This document shows, one piece after another, positions 21,359 through 32,215 of a stretch of DNA of 64,000 nucleotides. This DNA comes from an uncultured Nitrospiraceae bacterium (GTDB lineage: Bacteria; Nitrospirota; Nitrospiria; Nitrospirales; Nitrospiraceae), in assembly GCA_963706325.1 (NCBI GenBank), contig CAVPLT010000001.1:128001-192000 (forward strand), read 5' to 3'. The position numbers and the translations under genes are program-made. The notes under the pieces were generated by a model. The model was given only the letters and a program-made list of their open reading frames with translations. It had not been told where the DNA came from and made no database searches. Each line of letters opens with the position of its first letter. Positions within the stretch are counted from its first letter, which is position 1.

Positions 21359-23072
21359 TTACGGTCGCGAGGGCACAGCGTCCAGGTTCAGTTCCGCATG
21401 GATCGCCTGATAGAGTTCGTTCACGGCGGCTTCTTTCGTCAGCAAGCACGCGGCGCCGGCTTTTTTCATGGCGTCTTGGTTTTCCGAGTCGGCATTGACC
21501 GAGAGTCCAATGACCACAATATGGGGAAACTGTTCTTTGATGCGTGCGGTGGCCTGGATCCCGTTCAGTCGGGGCATATTGATGTCCATGATGACAATGG
21601 CCGGCTGCACTGCTGGAAGAGGGCCAGCCCGGCTTCGCCATCGGCAGCTTCGCCCAGCAGCGCAATGTCCGCATAGTTCGCCAGGACCGCCCGGAGACCC
21701 TCCCGAATCATGCCGTGGTCATCGACGAGGTTCACCCCGATGGGGCCTCCCGGTGGAAGGCGCTCGGCACTGCACGTCGGTTCGTGCCGAGCTCGCGGCC
21801 GCGCGTGGGGCTCGGGGAGGCCATGACTGTAGGGGAACCTGAGCACACTCGTCGTCCCTCGTCCCGGGGCCGTGTCAATATCGAGGGAGCCTCCGAGGGC
21901 CTTCATGCGCTCTCGAATGCTAAATAATCCAAATTTGGACGCCCCCTCGACCGATGGCTCCGTGGCATCGACCCCCTCAAACCCCGCACCTTCATCACGG
22001 ACGGTGACACACAGAAAGCCCTGTGCAGACGTGACGGTAAGCCACGCGTGTGCACTCCGAGCATGCTTAGCGGTGTTAATCAACAATTCACGAACCGACT
22101 CAAAGAGAAGCAGGGCCTGGTCTTGGGGCAGGGGGACGGTGTCTGATTCCGATTCCATCGACACGGTGAGGTTGTGACGCTGCATCCATTCAGCGAGCCA
22201 TCGGAGCCCTGCGACAAACCCATGTTCGCGCAGCACCGACGGGCTCAGGTCCGCCACCAGGCACCGCGTGTAGGCCAGCGACTCCGTTAACACGTCATCC
22301 ATTTGTTGCAGGAGGGCCGTCAAGGGCGGAATGGTGGTCACCAACTCTTTGCCCTGGTCGAGCTTGAGTTTTCCCAACACGAGTAACTGCTGAAGGTGAT
22401 CGTGAAGTTCCATGGCCAGCCGTGTGCGTTCTCGCTGGTCGGCTAAATTCAGGTCGGTGGCGAGTTGGCGCAGTCGTGTTTGCGACTGCACTAAGGCCTC
22501 GGTCGTTCAGCCACGAGGTGTTCGAGCCGACCCGACAAATTCTCTAGTCGATGCTGGGTTGCGCGCAGGGCCTCGGCGGCTCGGGCACATTCAATGGCGA
22601 GGGCCGCCGTCCGTGCGAGCATTCCTATGGTTTGCCGCTCCCGCATGCTCGGCCCTCGGCACTCCCGAAAATACGTTCCGAAGGTTCCCAGCACCTCCCC
22701 ACGACTCCCGAAGAGCGGCTGACTCCAAGCCGCCTTGAATCCCAGTTCCAAGGGGAGGTGCTTCAAACCCGACCACGCGGGGTCCCGATCAATGTCCGTG
22801 GTCACGACGACTTCACCGGTCGCCGCCGCCGAGCAGCAGGTACCGACATGGACGGCGGCTTGTAACCCATCGATGGCGTGAAGGTATGCCTCGGGCAGGC
22901 TTGGCGACGTCCCGTTGTGAAGCGTGCCGTCGTCATGGAGCAGTAAAATGGACGCAACGGCCTGGTGGAAGGACCGACGTTCTACGGTCCGCGCCAAATG
23001 GTCCAACACCGCACGCAGCGGCGCCCCACTGACGATCATTTCGAGTGCGCGGTTTTGGGATCGGATCAACAT
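21359..23072 (-). pseudogene. GAF-HisKA_3-HATPase-REC hybrid kinase split by two 1-bp frameshifts
   Basis: Three abutting ORFs (GAF; LHDHLQQ kinase; MDINMP receiver) join with one added base each near 22503 and 21610. Confidence 0.88.
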
Positions 23073-23634
23073 GGTGGCCCTTCAAACAGAGGAATCAGTA
23101 AAACATCAAAAACAGCATAGTCGAGGAATGCTTGAAGAGAGACTAGCGAAAGCCCCAGCCTTCATCAACCTCAGAAATCCTCTCCCGCCTTCAAATGTCG
23201 TCTCCACCTCGCTTAGGGGCTGGAGCAGCGCTTTGCAGGCCGTTTGCACGACACGTGGGGGACGTCTTGAACAAGCTCAATGACCTTTAAGCACCCTCGC
23301 AGCGTCCGTCTCACCAACGCACATGGTCGTCCACTCCTAAGAGTCAATCTCAGATGCAGGTTCTACACGTTAGTCCCGAGAGGAGTGACTCTTATCCTTG
23401 CGCCTCCTGATGAGGATGGCAAAGGTACATTTCCAAGTTGCCCCAAGGCTTCCCCCTAGTAGTCATCGCCGGAAAACCGGCTATCCTAGCGCTATGGCCG
23501 ATGTGGGGATGAAGCGCACCATGGGTATAGGTAACGAATTTGGGTGAGTCATCTCAGGGAGTCGCGCGTGAGGAGACCATCCGGCGCTGCGCCACCGCTT
23601 CACGGACAGCAGAACAAGGAAAAAAGGAGAGCCT

Positions 23635-24636
23635 ATGATCTGTGCGCGACTGACCATTCTTGTACTTCTTTGGCTCACCAGCCCGGTCTATGCCGACGGT
23701 GGTCACGATCATCACGCCATTCCGACGATGCCCAGCACGGGCGACACCACAATTACAACCGACGATCAGATGGTCACCCTGACGTTCGGCCCGGTCGATC
23801 TGCCCACGAGCCACGATGGGGACCTGGCGTCCAGCATGCCCAAGAAGGTGTTTCAGTTGCCGGAGGACACCTACATGATCGGGTACAAGTCCGAGGTGTT
23901 CACGCGAGACGGACAGCCACTCCCGAAGAATTATCTGCATCACATTCTGATGTTGAACAACGACGAGCCCAGCGTGTCCTGTGATGGCGAACCGTTGTTT
24001 TTTGCGGGTGCGGGCTTGGAAATGACCGAAGCCCGGTTTCCTGAGGGATATGGCGTGAAATTAGGCAAGGGGCAAAACCTCATGTCCGTCGTCGCCTTTT
24101 ACCATAAAGCACCGCCGACGAAGGACGTTATGGCTCGGTTCACCATGTACGTGGCTCCCAAAGGCGCCAACATACAAGAAATGAAAGTGTATCAGGTGGG
24201 GGTCAACATCGTCTGCTACAGCAAGTTCGGGCAACGGGGATCGGATCAAACCGACGAGGGGATCGAGATCAAGCTCGGGGTGTCGGTACTGTCGGCCCCG
24301 CTCAAGTTCAAGATGGATGGTTGCGTGAAATTCGCCTATCCCCACGGCCATGACGAACTGCTCATGGTCGCGCTCGAAGATAAGACCCACAATCAGACTC
24401 TCCTGAGAACCGTGCCCTCAGTCGATGCCGACGGCACCTTTCGTGATTTCCCTCCGTACCAGGTGTACCGGAACGGCAGAGGTTTTCAGGTCACGACACA
24501 GGACGAGTATGAAATGGTCATGGTTCACCATCATCCCCTCCACAACTCCAACATTCACCACGGGATGGGCAATTATCTGCTCTACATGAGCCCAGGGAGT
24601 TGTCAGCCACATGCCGGTACGGCAGCCGCCCACTAG
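23635..24636 (+). CDS. Exported protein resembling copper type II ascorbate-dependent monooxygenases (PHM/DBH fold)
   Basis: Signal peptide; LHHIL, FYH, YPHGH and HHGMG in the order of the CuH/CuM ligands; AAGGAG RBS. Confidence 0.7.
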   Translation: MICARLTILVLLWLTSPVYADGGHDHHAIPTMPSTGDTTITTDDQMVTLTFGPVDLPTSHDGDLASSMPKKVFQLPEDTYMIGYKSEVFTRDGQPLPKNYLHHILMLNNDEPSVSCDGEPLFFAGAGLEMTEARFPEGYGVKLGKGQNLMSVVAFYHKAPPTKDVMARFTMYVAPKGANIQEMKVYQVGVNIVCYSKFGQRGSDQTDEGIEIKLGVSVLSAPLKFKMDGCVKFAYPHGHDELLMVALEDKTHNQTLLRTVPSVDADGTFRDFPPYQVYRNGRGFQVTTQDEYEMVMVHHHPLHNSNIHHGMGNYLLYMSPGSCQPHAGTAAAH

Positions 24637-24974
24637 GCGAAAGCACGAGGCACGGGGATTCCATGGAACCAAACTTCATCAATTCGGTAATTATTGACGG
24701 TGGGGACATCGTCAGCCGCGATAAGTGTCCCTGGAATCCACTGTCGGTTGATCCGGTGGCAAGCCAATTCTCAAGCGACGCGGCCTTCCAGGACACGACG
24801 GTCGTCAAGCTGTTGGCACCCCACGTACCCGTCGACACCGATGCGCACGATCAACTGAGACAACACTCTGGCGAGGCGCGGAGAATCAAGGATACGTTTC
24901 GGATCGTCGTCGATTGGATTTGGTGGGCATGAACCTTCGGAGTCCAGCTCGGGACGGCGAGGAGGAGGGACGGA

Positions 24975-26093
24975 CTACGCTCCCTGCGAGGTGCTGGCGA
25001 AAATCGGAAGTTTAAGGATGAAACTCGTGCCGGCGTCTCGTGCGCTTTCCACCCGGATGTGCCCCTTGTGATCGTCCACAATGGCTTTCACCAGGGTCAG
25101 GCCAAGACCCCATCCCTGCTGCTGACCGTGTTGCGGATGAAGCGTCCGTCGGAACTTTTCAAACAATCGCGGAATCTCGTCTTCTGGAATAAATGATCCT
25201 TCATTATGGACGCCGACTTCAGCTAGGCTGCCCCGTGTGTGGAGTGACACGGTGATGGGTGTCTGCTTTGCCCCATACTTCACTGCATTATCAATGAGGT
25301 TTTCCACCGCTCGTCTTAACGACTCCCGACCCCACCGACCTTCCACCGCAGTAGGACTGTCCAACGTGAACCGGGAGCCATGCACGACGGTCATTTCCTC
25401 CACGACGCCCCGAAGGACGGTATCCAAGTCACACTGCTGATACAGAAGTGTCAGACATTCACCTGCCCGGAGCCGGCTGGCGTCGAGGAGATCCTCAATC
25501 ATGGAGTCGAGACGGTTGAGACTGACGACGTTTCTCTTGACGAACTCTTTGGTAGAGTCGGGAACCCCCGCGCCTCTGACGGCAAGCATCGCATTCATTT
25601 TTGCCACACTGATGGGCGTCTTCAGGTCGTGCGTGAGGGTGTGGATGAACTTCTCCTGAATGGCCGAATGCGCCTGTGTAAATTCCACAACCGCATTTTT
25701 GACGGCCTCTTCGATCGAATCGAGCAGGATGTCCCGGGCAGATTCCACTAAAGGACCATCTCTTTCCAGCACGTGAAAGATGACCTGTCGTAAAATATGG
25801 TACTCGTCGACCACTTCCCCGAGAGTGTACTTGGTGTTGCAGGCACGGTCGACGCCATGCATTTTGCCGACACGGATCGCTTCTTGTTCGAGAATCGCGA
25901 CAGGCGGTGCGTCCATTTTATGATCTGCCGCCAGGGCCTCGTCCAAACGATCGAGGAACTCGGGGAGGGAATCACGGAGGGCCCGTGGCCCCGTGGCACG
26001 GGCTGATTTTACTTCTTTCAGGCACCGCTCTTCCCACAGCGTTAAGATCGCTTCTTTCTTGTCTTTGAGTGCGTGCCCATCACGTGGAGACAT
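24975..26093 (-). CDS. Cytoplasmic sensor histidine kinase (RsbRD-N-like + HisKA + HATPase)
   Basis: THDLKTP H-box, NLIDNAVKY and GWGLGL. Confidence 0.92.
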   Translation of the reverse strand: MSPRDGHALKDKKEAILTLWEERCLKEVKSARATGPRALRDSLPEFLDRLDEALAADHKMDAPPVAILEQEAIRVGKMHGVDRACNTKYTLGEVVDEYHILRQVIFHVLERDGPLVESARDILLDSIEEAVKNAVVEFTQAHSAIQEKFIHTLTHDLKTPISVAKMNAMLAVRGAGVPDSTKEFVKRNVVSLNRLDSMIEDLLDASRLRAGECLTLLYQQCDLDTVLRGVVEEMTVVHGSRFTLDSPTAVEGRWGRESLRRAVENLIDNAVKYGAKQTPITVSLHTRGSLAEVGVHNEGSFIPEDEIPRLFEKFRRTLHPQHGQQQGWGLGLTLVKAIVDDHKGHIRVESARDAGTSFILKLPIFASTSQGA

Positions 26094-26336
26094 AGGGTTC
26101 CTGGGATAATACCGACCGTGTCGGCAGGGGCTGCTTACCGTTCCCGGCGCAAGCGTACCTCCTTCGCTTAGTGGAGGATCTGCACCCGCTACTGTGTACT
26201 AGTGGACGATCGAAGCGCAAGAGGCAACCCCCCTGGGCAACGGCGCCACCGTGTCGCTCATCCGTTGATGGATTCCGGTGTTTTCATGACAACGGGGCGA
26301 TATGTCCGATCCTAACTGGATGCTAGCGATGGCAAC

Positions 26337-26760
26337 CTAACGGGAGCACTCCCGGTGAATCATATCCAATAGCTTCTCCGGAACGAGTTCCTTGGGGAGA
26401 AAGGCGCGCGCGCCGGCCGATAGGAAGGCCTCCTCGACCCAAGCACGGCTGTCTGAAGACATCCCAATGATGCACGTCTCTGGCACGAGCGCCTGGATGT
26501 GACGAGTCGACTCGATTCCGTCCATCCGTGGCATGTACGCATCCATCAAAATAACATCGGGACGAATCTGTTGAGCGAAATGGATCGCCTCTATCCCATC
26601 CTCCGCTTCGCCGACAACTTTCAATGCCGGTTGCGCGTCCAGCATCGCCCGTAAAGTTTGTCTGAGCACGGTTGTCATCCACGACTAAAACGCCGATCGT
26701 CGGCACCTGCGTCGTGGTCGGTTCGAGGGGTATGAGAGGGGGCACTCTGATGGTGGACAT
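26337..26760 (-). pseudogene. Single-domain response regulator, frameshifted near 26672
   Basis: VLVVDD lies in one frame and TVLRQTL..MDAYMP..FLPK in another. Confidence 0.8.
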
Positions 26761-26938
26761 CGTTCAAACTCGCGCGCTGAAATAGATTAAAGACTCGGGC
26801 CCATCGATCGCCACGGTCAATCTCCATAATAAGCGCTCCATAATAAGCGGCATTTCTTTCGAGAACAGCGTGAACCCCTAGCTCGACATAGAGAACCGGC
26901 TAAGGTAACTTGTACCTGTTGCGGTTCCCAAGCGATCA

Positions 26939-27423
26939 TCAGTAACGAGAATGATCCTGCGGGAGGCTCTGACTGTCTGCGGTAGATTGCACCTTTAGCA
27001 CACGAAACCTGCCACCTGGTTTTTGTGGTGCAGGTTCCCCCTCCATGCGTGTATACCACCATCGCCCCTCGCCTTCAGAATAGTCAGGTGACAGAGTAAT
27101 TTCAAATCCCCCTTCTCGAGCATTTACGCGCTGACTCCACGCTCCGGTCCAGCGATGATCGGAGAGCAGATCGGTGCGAAAGCGCCCCTCCCTATAGTCG
27201 TAGGTGCCGTTTCCAAAACGATCCAACCTCAGCGGCACCACTAGTCCTCCTTCTTCATATTCCCATTCGCCGGCCAGAACAGCCTTCTCTCTTCTCTCGT
27301 CGGACATGTCCGACGGTGCCGAACCTGGCGAGAAGTGGTCAGACGCCACCGGGCCAGGCTACACGCTTGCGCCAGCAACAGGCCGGTACTGAACAGCGTC
27401 CTTATCAAGACGGAATGTGGCAT
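26939..27423 (-). pseudogene. Putative lipoprotein, frameshifted just after the signal peptide (~27352)
   Basis: Signal LLLAQA-C in ORF 27241-27423 joins the beta-rich body in ORF 26939-27349 if GCCC is read as GCCCC. Confidence 0.65.
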
Positions 27424-27777
27424 GCGTTCCTTAACTTTCGTTATGCGGTGAGCCTGGGCTCAGCCAGTTCAAATAGCATTTCAGCCCATCATCCTACTCA
27501 CCCGTACTGGGCTGCTACTGGGGGAATCCCCTGAGACCTTCTAGCCACCAACCTTTCGGGGCTCAAGTTTCAGTAGGAGGAGCGGTAGAGTTGCAAACTC
27601 CCGGGCTTTCTCTGTGAGGAGGAAGTATCTTTTTGCGGGGACAGGGGTTTGACATAGCTGCGCAGGCGGAGAACTAGGCATTTAATGAGGGAGTTGCGCG
27701 CCCGCCCATATCGTGAAGGATACGGTGCCGAGCCGGCGCGATACACACGCTACTACCCGGAAGAAGGAGAACGTCTC

Positions 27778-28071
27778 ATGCCCAACGAAAATGTTTCGCG
27801 GACCCTGTTCGCATTGATGGCCGGGGCCACGGTCGGTGCCGGGGTCGGGCTCTTGTTCGCGCCTCGAGCAGGGTCGCAGTTTCGGTCATCTCTGCGCGAG
27901 TATACTAGAAGAGTGAAGAACCAAGTGGATCAGGCGACCAACAACAGCACGCAGTCGAGTGACACGCACGAAGCGGGCTGTGAGATAGGCGTCCGCAAGC
28001 CCGGTGCGGAAGGCGGCGGGCGGTCAGCAACAAAGGATCATACGATCGGTGATACAGGACAAGACAACTGA
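27778..28071 (+). CDS. YtxH-domain protein
   Basis: GATVGAGVGLLFAPRAG..R motif; AAGGAG RBS. Confidence 0.85.
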   Translation: MPNENVSRTLFALMAGATVGAGVGLLFAPRAGSQFRSSLREYTRRVKNQVDQATNNSTQSSDTHEAGCEIGVRKPGAEGGGRSATKDHTIGDTGQDN

Positions 28072-28090
28072 TAGTGCTGAGTGAGACCCG

Positions 28091-28565
28091 ATGACGATGT
28101 CACTCTCTCGGCGCCTCGGCCCCTGCAAAGGGAGCGTAGCCGGGCTTTCACTCATGGCAATCATGGCCGGTGCAGTAGCCTCCGCCCAGGCCGTACAGCC
28201 TGGCATACATGTCGAGATGCTGGGCATTCGGAATAGCACCGGCGCGGTGGCATGTGCGCTGTTTGAAGCACCCGAGGGGTTCCCCACGGAGTTCATGAGG
28301 TTTGCCGCCAATCTCATGATGGTGAGAGTTCGGGGCGCCAAAGCCACCTGTACCTTTGAAGAGCTACCGCCAGGAACGTATGCGTTTGCTGTCATTCATG
28401 ACGAAAACCGCGATGGAAAACGCGCCACCGACTGGATGGGCCTGCCGAAAGAGGGGTACGGATTCCAACGACGCCAAAGGCACAGTGGGGGCGCCATCGT
28501 TTGAGGCCGTCAGCTTTTCCTACAACGGACAAAGCCTGGATATGACCATCACGTTACAGTACTAA
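28091..28565 (+). pseudogene. DUF2141-family protein, frameshifted near 28465
   Basis: PGTYAFAVIHDEN..G.PKEGYGF, then SNDAKG..GAPSF continuing in another frame (2-bp loss). Confidence 0.85.
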
Positions 28566-29107
28566 CTGCTGTACTGCCCGCTAAGAGCCGTGGCGCGCAG
28601 TGTCTCGCTGAACCTGCACACCTTGGTAGCTGTACGTAGTACGAGGTGATGCTCTGCGGCAACTAAAGAACCAAGTCCGTATCCATCGCGGGACGGCACT
28701 ATTGGGAGCGTCAGAGTGGGGTACCTACAGGGCCCCCACAGACGGCGCCATTCCCGCTCGGCCACGTCTTGGCTGTGCTGGACACGCATGGTTTCAAACT
28801 CACTCCACAGCGCGTCCAAGGGCTCATGGCGTGCCGTGTGATCCGATGGCTCACGATTCGCCATCTGTCGTAAATGGTCAAAAAAGCTGACGAGGGCCTG
28901 ATCACCGTGGGAGCGCAGGTAATTGGCAGACGCCTTATCCACCAGCCCCTTTTCTTCCGGGGGAAGGTGCGCCTCGACAATAGTAGACAGGACATGCAGC
29001 TTGAGCCACAAGGAAAACATCTCTGTGGTGAGGACTCGGAACCCACGTTCATATTTTTCGTCATGTACGACCATGTGCCATCCCTTCGTGTTCTTGTCTC
29101 TCCTCAT
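28562..29107 (-). CDS. Hypothetical protein
   Basis: Long ORF in a co-oriented run of small genes; start uncertain. Confidence 0.5.
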   Translation of the reverse strand: MRRDKNTKGWHMVVHDEKYERGFRVLTTEMFSLWLKLHVLSTIVEAHLPPEEKGLVDKASANYLRSHGDQALVSFFDHLRQMANREPSDHTARHEPLDALWSEFETMRVQHSQDVAEREWRRLWGPCRYPTLTLPIVPSRDGYGLGSLVAAEHHLVLRTATKVCRFSETLRATALSGQYSS

Positions 29108-29194
29108 CGACCAGCAGGCGTTGGATCATGGCGTCCCTTTCGGCGGACTCACATTCCTGGCCAATCGGGCGCCTCTCGGCTGCAAGCCTGCGAT

Positions 29195-29353
29195 TCAGCT
29201 TATGACGAGGTCCGCCGGTCCGGTCTCCGCGAGTCGCCGTTGCATGGCATCTTTGATGACCTTCGCGAGAGCGGCGTTTTCTACATGCCGGCTGAGGAGG
29301 TCACTGAGTTCAGCGAACGTCAGCGGCGGATAATCGAGTTGTGCCTGTGTCAT
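29195..29353 (-). CDS. Small hypothetical protein (52 aa)
   Basis: AAGGAGGAG RBS before ATG at 29353. Confidence 0.6.
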   Translation of the reverse strand: MTQAQLDYPPLTFAELSDLLSRHVENAALAKVIKDAMQRRLAETGPADLVIS

Positions 29354-29600
29354 TTGGAGTCTCCTCCTTCTTTTTAGTTCGCCAGTGCCGAACAGGCTCG
29401 TCCACACTCCTGATCGTCACGATGCCCCGTCCATTCAGGACCACACGGACGTGACCTGTTTGGCTGAGGCGCATCACCTCACCAAGCAGCTGAGCTGACG
29501 TCAGTGCTGGAAGCAAGGAGGCCAACATCTCAATTCGACAGTCAGGTACGCTGGTGACAACTTCCAGGATTTGGTTCGCTGGCGAAATCTCCGAATGCAT
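29310..29600 (-). CDS. Small winged-helix-like hypothetical protein
   Basis: ILEVV..C.IE.L..LLP.LT..Q...EV.RLS.TG.V pattern; AGGGA RBS. Confidence 0.6.
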   Translation of the reverse strand: MHSEISPANQILEVVTSVPDCRIEMLASLLPALTSAQLLGEVMRLSQTGHVRVVLNGRGIVTIRSVDEPVRHWRTKKKEETPNDTGTTRLSAADVR

Positions 29601-29749
29601 GGTTGTTCCCTATGAGTGTGAAGTGGGAGGACGGCAGCCGGATCGGTATCCCTGAGGCCCCACGGACGCATAAGCTAAGGAGCAGAGGAGGCTGAGGCTC
29701 ACCAGCGTGCCAGCCCCGAAAGGACACAGTGTACTTACGCGCAGTACGG

Positions 29750-30094
29750 TCAGCTCCAAGTACGGTGTTGTTCGCTCACCAGTTCGCTGCCATCTTTTTT
29801 CTCGATAACCCATTGCACGTCATCTGGAATCGTCACCACCTTCAGCTCTGCACAATGCCCATTGGCCTCTGCGCCCAACTCTTCGACGACATGCACGAGC
29901 CTGTGATCATCCCGAGGGATGATCTCCCCGCATTGATTGAGGCTCGGCTCGTGAGCACTCGCCGCCTCAGGCCAATAGATCCCATGATCGGTTTCCTTCA
30001 GGGCATCCGGCTGCCCCAATTCGCGCAGACGGAGAAACGCCTTATGGCTCAGGCAGAACCGGTCATAACTCTTATTGATGACGATTTTCGGCAT
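29750..30094 (-). CDS. Conserved hypothetical protein of a family I associate with phages
   Basis: KIVIN..Y..F.LS, PRDD..LV.VVEELG..ANG..AELKVV.IPDDV.W.I and E.HRTW; AGGGAG RBS. Confidence 0.8.
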   Translation of the reverse strand: MPKIVINKSYDRFCLSHKAFLRLRELGQPDALKETDHGIYWPEAASAHEPSLNQCGEIIPRDDHRLVHVVEELGAEANGHCAELKVVTIPDDVQWVIEKKDGSELVSEQHRTWS

Positions 30095-30144
30095 AGTGCT
30101 ACTCCCTTTTCAATTCTCTCGCCGGTGCGAGAATGCCCCTACCT

Positions 30145-30387
30145 TCAAGAAGCCGGTTGCGGGTCCTTGTAGCCGATATAGTTTCCGCTCCACACGGCAT
30201 GACGACGATCCGCCCAGATTCTCACTTCATGTTTGTCCACTTCACCATACCGCTGCTGAAGAATGTCGTTGAACGTGGCGAAGTCCCCCTGAATCGCGTC
30301 TAGGTCACTGTCGGTGATCTTGTCCCACTTGGCTTTCAATGGACCCTTGAGCTGCAACCAAAACTGTTGAAATTGATCTTGGGTCAT
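30145..30387 (-). CDS. CsbD-like general stress protein
   Basis: W.QLKG.LK.KW.KITD.DL..I.G.....LQQRYG; GAGGAG RBS. Confidence 0.85.
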   Translation of the reverse strand: MTQDQFQQFWLQLKGPLKAKWDKITDSDLDAIQGDFATFNDILQQRYGEVDKHEVRIWADRRHAVWSGNYIGYKDPQPAS

Positions 30388-30766
30388 CGCGTACTCCTCT
30401 TTAGGTGCCTGGTAAAAACCAGCACTCTCGTGTGAGGCCGACCTGCACGCAGGCTCGGTCTGTGTTTGAAGACGGGAAAGTGGCGTAGAAGCAGCGAAGA
30501 CCGGAGAATCAGACGCGCACGGAAAAACGAGGAGCGGCGCGAGCGATGGGACAGTCGGCGTGGTTCACAACGTCATGGCGTACCATAGAGGGCAGGTGGC
30601 GCGGAGTCAACGGCAGCGCGGGACCTTCCGGGCCAAGCCATTGATTCAGCGCATATATTTATTTACAGGCGGCCAATCTCTGTTGCTGAGCGATTTCGCC
30701 CCATCAGAAGTTCACGAGATGGGTCTGCTGGGCTGAGGGTCGGGGTCACTCCACTAGGAGGCGGTG

Positions 30767-31450
30767 CTATTGGATGAGCGCCGGTTTGGCCAACAGGCTC
30801 AAGCGTTTCTCTACGCCTTGCGCTACAGGATACTCATGGTCTCCCACCCCAACCCGCAGCAACACGAGACTTCTTTCGATGGCCTCGATGGTGCGCTCGC
30901 AGGCGTGGAGTGTGGCTGTCCGGCTGACATACTGTTCCTCAGGGGTCACCGTCTTGCGACGGGAGGTCGCCGGAGGCAGGTGGCGTGCTTGAGGCAACCT
31001 GTCGCGGAGGATCTCCAACTCCGTGCGGAGTTGATCCCTGGTCCTTCGGAGGTCGCGCATCTGATACGCGACCTTTACACTGGACAGGGCGTCATGGGGG
31101 ACGAGCGGCGCCGTAATGATGTCACATGCGCCGTACTCCCAGGCCTTTCGGGCGAGTTCGTGGTCTCCGACGCCTGCCGTCACGCGATGAGGGGGGTCAG
31201 GGGATGAAGACTCAGGTGTTTGTGCTGTAGGAAGAAGTGGCTAAGTCCCGCCATCCGAACATTGAAGATCACCAGGTCGTACGTGCGACGGGGAGTAGTT
31301 CGATCGCTCCATAGACTGACGAGCACTGCTCCATGGCGAGGCCCGGCATCTGTTCGTGCAGGAGAGCCGGAAGGGACTCCCGCAAGAGGGGATGATTCTC
31401 CAAGAGGAGCACGCGGTGTGGGATCGGACTAGCGACGGTATCCAAGGTGT
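30767..31450 (-). pseudogene. Response regulator (receiver + coiled coil), two frameshifts near 31290 and 31185
   Basis: RVLLLENHPLLRE / YDLVIFNVRM / TAG..A.KAWEYGACDI pieces lie in different frames; start approximate. Confidence 0.65.
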
Positions 31451-31589
31451 GACCGCCTCGCCTACAATCGGTCGGCGGTGCGTGTGTCTGCACCGTCGCC
31501 ACCTGATGGTGAACCAAAATTGAGTCTAGCCGCCCTCAGCGCAAGCCGTCAAGCGGATCAATACTCTCTGCCAGCTTCGCTCCGTCCTC

Positions 31590-32000
31590 TCACTCTATTT
31601 GTTCGCTGCCGCCAGCTGATTCTGGCACCACGGCCTGATTGAGGATTGCCCGAACATCCGTCAGGTCCCGTTCCAGCCCGTGCATCTCGGTGGTCAGGTA
31701 TCCCAACGTCTGATCGTTTCGCTGGGATTGACTGATGAGGCGTGTGAGCAACCCGACTCGGTCCTTGAGCATCCGAACAGAGGCTGCCAACCCCGTTTCC
31801 AGTCCCGCCGTGCGGCGCACCAACAGGTCCAGCGCGGGACCGATCTCGGCCAGGTCCAGACAAAACGTCACGGGGAGATCGCTCATCGCGTTCCTGGGCA
31901 TGTCGGGATACTCCGCCTCGGCTGGATTTTGCACCATCGTCAGCCCCCCGGCCTCATGCACCGCCCGCAGCCCCACGGTCCCGTCACGCATTAATCCCGT
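31590..32000 (-). pseudogene. CheB-type methylesterase, C-terminal fragment only
   Basis: TGLMRDGTVGLRAVHEAGG..VQNPAEAEYPDMP..A; the catalytic Ser/His part is absent. Confidence 0.8.
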
Positions 32001-32005
32001 GAAGG

Positions 32006-32215
32006 GATGACGCGCGAGCATTCGAGAAGCGCCAAGAACAGCGAAGAGATGACGAGCGAGCATTCGAGAAGCGCCAACAGCAAGTAAGTGACGACAAGCG
32101 TGCCGGTGAGCACCGTCATCAAAAGAAACGAGATGACAAGCGGGGTCATGAGAAACGCCTACAACAGCAAAAAGAGGAGGAGCGGGCGTGCGAGAAGCAC
32201 CAAGTGGAGAACCCC
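32006..32215 (+). repeat. Five degenerate 42-bp tandem units encoding a 14-aa charged repeat (DDERAFEKRQEQRR-like)
   Basis: Units start at 32006, 32048, 32090, 32132 and 32174; the frame 32003-32218 is open and ends in TAG but has no start codon. Confidence 0.85.

Noticed and set aside
32006..32215. 42-bp repeats as a CRISPR array
   Set aside because: No unique spacers, units are degenerate and codon-phased, and no cas genes are present
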